A stretch of 18,292 nucleotides of DNA from Candidatus Bathyarchaeia archaeon (GTDB taxonomy: Archaea > Thermoproteota > Bathyarchaeia > Bathyarchaeales > Bathycorpusculaceae), in the NCBI GenBank assembly GCA_049970895.1, contig JBMFMB010000020.1, positions 1 to 18,292 on the forward strand, read 5' to 3'. Both the position numbers and the translations under genes were made by a program. The notes below the pieces were generated by a model. That model worked only from the letters and a program-made list of their open reading frames with translations. It did not search any database and was not told the DNA's origin. This document shows, piece after piece, positions 16,011 through 18,292 of the stretch; positions within the stretch are counted from its first letter, which is position 1; every line of letters starts with the position of its first letter.

Positions 16011-17102
16011 TTGACTGAAGAAGGTGTTAGCCCGAAGGGCAAGTTTGTTCTGTATAGAGATTTAGATGGAACCACCTACGAGGTTGATTTGCCGTTAACA
16101 TCTTATGTTGATGTTGAAAAGCTAAGAGATGCTTTGGGTTTGCCAACATATATTGATTTGAGCTATTTTCCTATGAAGAGCGCCATGGTTGTGCTTTGGG
16201 CTGCTGTGAACGCGCCGAAGCTTCATGAGCTTTATCCAAACGCCTTTGATAAGGTTGTGAGCAAAAGTCGTATTCCAGCCTTGTTGTTTGGTGGCGCAGC
16301 TGTGAAAATTCATTGTCCAAGCGCTAATGCTGGGGGTTCCCTTGAGAGACCCATTAAGGACATGGATTTTATAGTTCCTAAAAAGCAAGGGATTGACTTT
16401 TACAAGCTTCTTTTAAAATTGGATAGGGCTTTTGGCACCCAGTACAAGTCTTTTGCAACAGCGAATGATAGGCGGTTTAATGCTTGGAGACGTGGTGAAA
16501 GGTATAGGCTGACAACAATTAATGACGTGACCGCTGAGGGACTTCCAAAAATAACGGTTTTGGATCTTTTCTGCGACGTTGTAGACTTAAGGCACAGGGT
16601 GGATGTTCGAGAGGCTTTCCAAAGGTATAAGGAGAACCTCTACACAATTGGCTTGGAGAACCTAATAATTTTAAAGGCCCAGTTTATTTTTGATATGCCA
16701 AAGGAACGCGCTGAAGAGTTGAAAAAATGCGAATGCGATTATAGGATTCTCCCATATCCATACTATGCAGAGGATAAGATTGTTGTAGGAATGGAGGAGA
16801 AAGACATCAAGGACGTGTGCGCCATATTTCTGGACCATGAAATTGGGTCTGGAAATGAAAAGATAGATCCGCAGAAGATGAAGCGGATTTTGGATAAGGA
16901 TAAGAAGCTTGCCCTAACCGTCACGTTGAACCTTAAAAACATTGTTGAAAAGTCTGATGTTCTTCGAAGATGGATGTCGAAGAGCGAAGTCTCAACGGTG
17001 ACCTATCGGGTACAAGAGCTTCTTAAAGGGTTGCCTGTGGTTGACAAAAAGTGGGATAAGCCTTGGTGGAACACTGCGGTAGAGACACCTATAATCGAGT
17101 AG
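16011..17102 (+). CDS. Uncharacterised Pol-beta-superfamily nucleotidyltransferase
   Basis: LFGGAAV...RPIKDMDF (GG/DxD), a third Asp in VLDLF, and EKDIKD (KDxxD) in the helical C-terminal part; extra ~80-aa N-terminal region. Confidence 0.75.
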   Translation: MTEEGVSPKGKFVLYRDLDGTTYEVDLPLTSYVDVEKLRDALGLPTYIDLSYFPMKSAMVVLWAAVNAPKLHELYPNAFDKVVSKSRIPALLFGGAAVKIHCPSANAGGSLERPIKDMDFIVPKKQGIDFYKLLLKLDRAFGTQYKSFATANDRRFNAWRRGERYRLTTINDVTAEGLPKITVLDLFCDVVDLRHRVDVREAFQRYKENLYTIGLENLIILKAQFIFDMPKERAEELKKCECDYRILPYPYYAEDKIVVGMEEKDIKDVCAIFLDHEIGSGNEKIDPQKMKRILDKDKKLALTVTLNLKNIVEKSDVLRRWMSKSEVSTVTYRVQELLKGLPVVDKKWDKPWWNTAVETPIIE

Positions 17103-17109
17103 AATACCA

Positions 17110-17919
17110 TTAATGTTTGGCTTCAATGAGCTTTTCTCGGATTTTTTCGCATTTTTTGGTTGCCTCTTCAACAGCCTTCATTAGGGCTTGCCGTATTTGG
17201 CTTCCTTCAAGTTCAAAAATGGCTTCAATTGTTGTGCCTCCAGGAGTGGTTACCATGTCCTTTATTTTAGCTGGATGTTCTCTGGTTTCAAGGATTAATT
17301 TTCCAGTTCCTAAAACTGCCTGGGCGGAACTGTATAGGGCTAGGTCTCTTGGTAAGCCAACCTTTAACCCAGCATACATTAGGGCTTCAATAATAATTGA
17401 AATGTAGCCTGGGGCACTTCCACTTAGGGCTGTTATGGCGTCCATGTACCTCTCTTCAACTTCCACAGATACGCCCATCGTGTCCAAGAGCATCTTAACC
17501 TTTCTCTTTTCCTCTTCGTTTAGGCTGTTGTCGCAGCAATATGCCGTGAAGGATTGTTGCACTAAGGCGGCGATGTTGGGCATGGTTCTAACGAACTTGG
17601 CTTTTGGAACTTTATCCTTGTAAAATTGTAGGGGGATGGTTGCAGCTGTGGAAATTACAATTTTGCCTTCGATTTCCCCGCTTATCTCCCCTAGAACCTT
17701 CTCGACATCATTTGGCTTTACGCATATAAAGATTATATCCGCTCTTCCGGCGGCTTCCTTGTTGTTTGTGGTGACGAAGGCCCCTAAACTTTCAAATTCT
17801 TTAAGCCTTTCTACGTTACGCCTTGTGGCGATAACATGGCCTTGGTATCCCTCTTTTAATAGGCTTTTAACTATTGCTCCGCCAATCATGCCAGCTCCTA
17901 TAACTGCTATATTTTCCAT
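17110..17919 (-). CDS. proC: Pyrroline-5-carboxylate reductase
   Basis: IAVIGAGMIG, CVKP, RTMPN, TALSGSAPGY, VTTPGGTTI; start MENIAV at 17919. Confidence 0.97.
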   Translation of the reverse strand: MENIAVIGAGMIGGAIVKSLLKEGYQGHVIATRRNVERLKEFESLGAFVTTNNKEAAGRADIIFICVKPNDVEKVLGEISGEIEGKIVISTAATIPLQFYKDKVPKAKFVRTMPNIAALVQQSFTAYCCDNSLNEEEKRKVKMLLDTMGVSVEVEERYMDAITALSGSAPGYISIIIEALMYAGLKVGLPRDLALYSSAQAVLGTGKLILETREHPAKIKDMVTTPGGTTIEAIFELEGSQIRQALMKAVEEATKKCEKIREKLIEAKH

Positions 17920-17980
17920 GGCTGCCCCTCTGCTCTTAAAGCTAATGCTGCTAGATAAACAGTTCTTCCACAAAAGGAGA

Positions 17981-18292
17981 TTACTCGGCTTTCTCACTCC
18001 TTTTTATTAACCTTTTAATCATTAGGTAAGTTTCTTTCCTTGACAATCCGGTTCTTGAGAGCGGCAAGTCTAGGGTTCCATTTTTTGAGTAAAGCCTTAA
18101 ACACGTTTCACGCTTAGGCGTTATGTAAATGGCTACATCTGAAAAGTCGGACCATTTCCCCTTTTTCAAACTTCTGCCTTCCCAAAGCTGGAAGCCTTTG
18201 CCATCCATGTAGAGCATTGTGTGGTATCGGTTTTTGTAAAGGCGGTGGCCGACAATAACCGAAACCACAATTGCTATCAATAGAGATAGGGG
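17981..18292 (-). CDS. Membrane-anchored hypothetical protein (3' part; starts beyond the window), possibly with a PH-like beta domain
   Basis: The frame is open to the window edge; a TM segment is followed by a beta-rich domain (MDGKGFQL...KWSDFSDV...LRLY) and a terminal helix. Confidence 0.6.
   Translation of the reverse strand, partial: PLSLLIAIVVSVIVGHRLYKNRYHTMLYMDGKGFQLWEGRSLKKGKWSDFSDVAIYITPKRETCLRLYSKNGTLDLPLSRTGLSRKETYLMIKRLIKRSEKAE

Noticed and set aside
1-18292. CRISPR array, rRNA or intact IS element
   Set aside because: No regularly spaced direct repeats, rRNA-like sequence or transposase motifs seen

Overview
Archaeal chromosomal segment. The integrase C-terminus, single-OB SSB and gene content suggest Bathyarchaeia/TACK, but this assignment is inferred. 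The left end (1-1290) is visibly AT-richer and holds a decayed tyrosine-integrase pseudogene abutting the 5' end of tRNA-Arg(GCG). The core genes follow: DUF998 membrane protein, HDAC-family deacetylase, argS, deoC and a TIGR04076-like protein. Next come a thiolase-fold gene lacking its catalytic residues coupled to a DUF35-HMG-CoA synthase fusion, a Yip1 + MacAB-type ABC module, and a TRAM-SSB-TRAM cluster preceded by a long 5'-UTR hairpin. The right end has a tRNA-Trp(CCA) with two introns (the first carries guides complementary to its own precursor in a box C/D-like layout), an orphan nucleotidyltransferase and proC. Four further small accessory genes are disrupted pseudogenes. All motif and structure calls were read by eye; no searches or folding programs were run.
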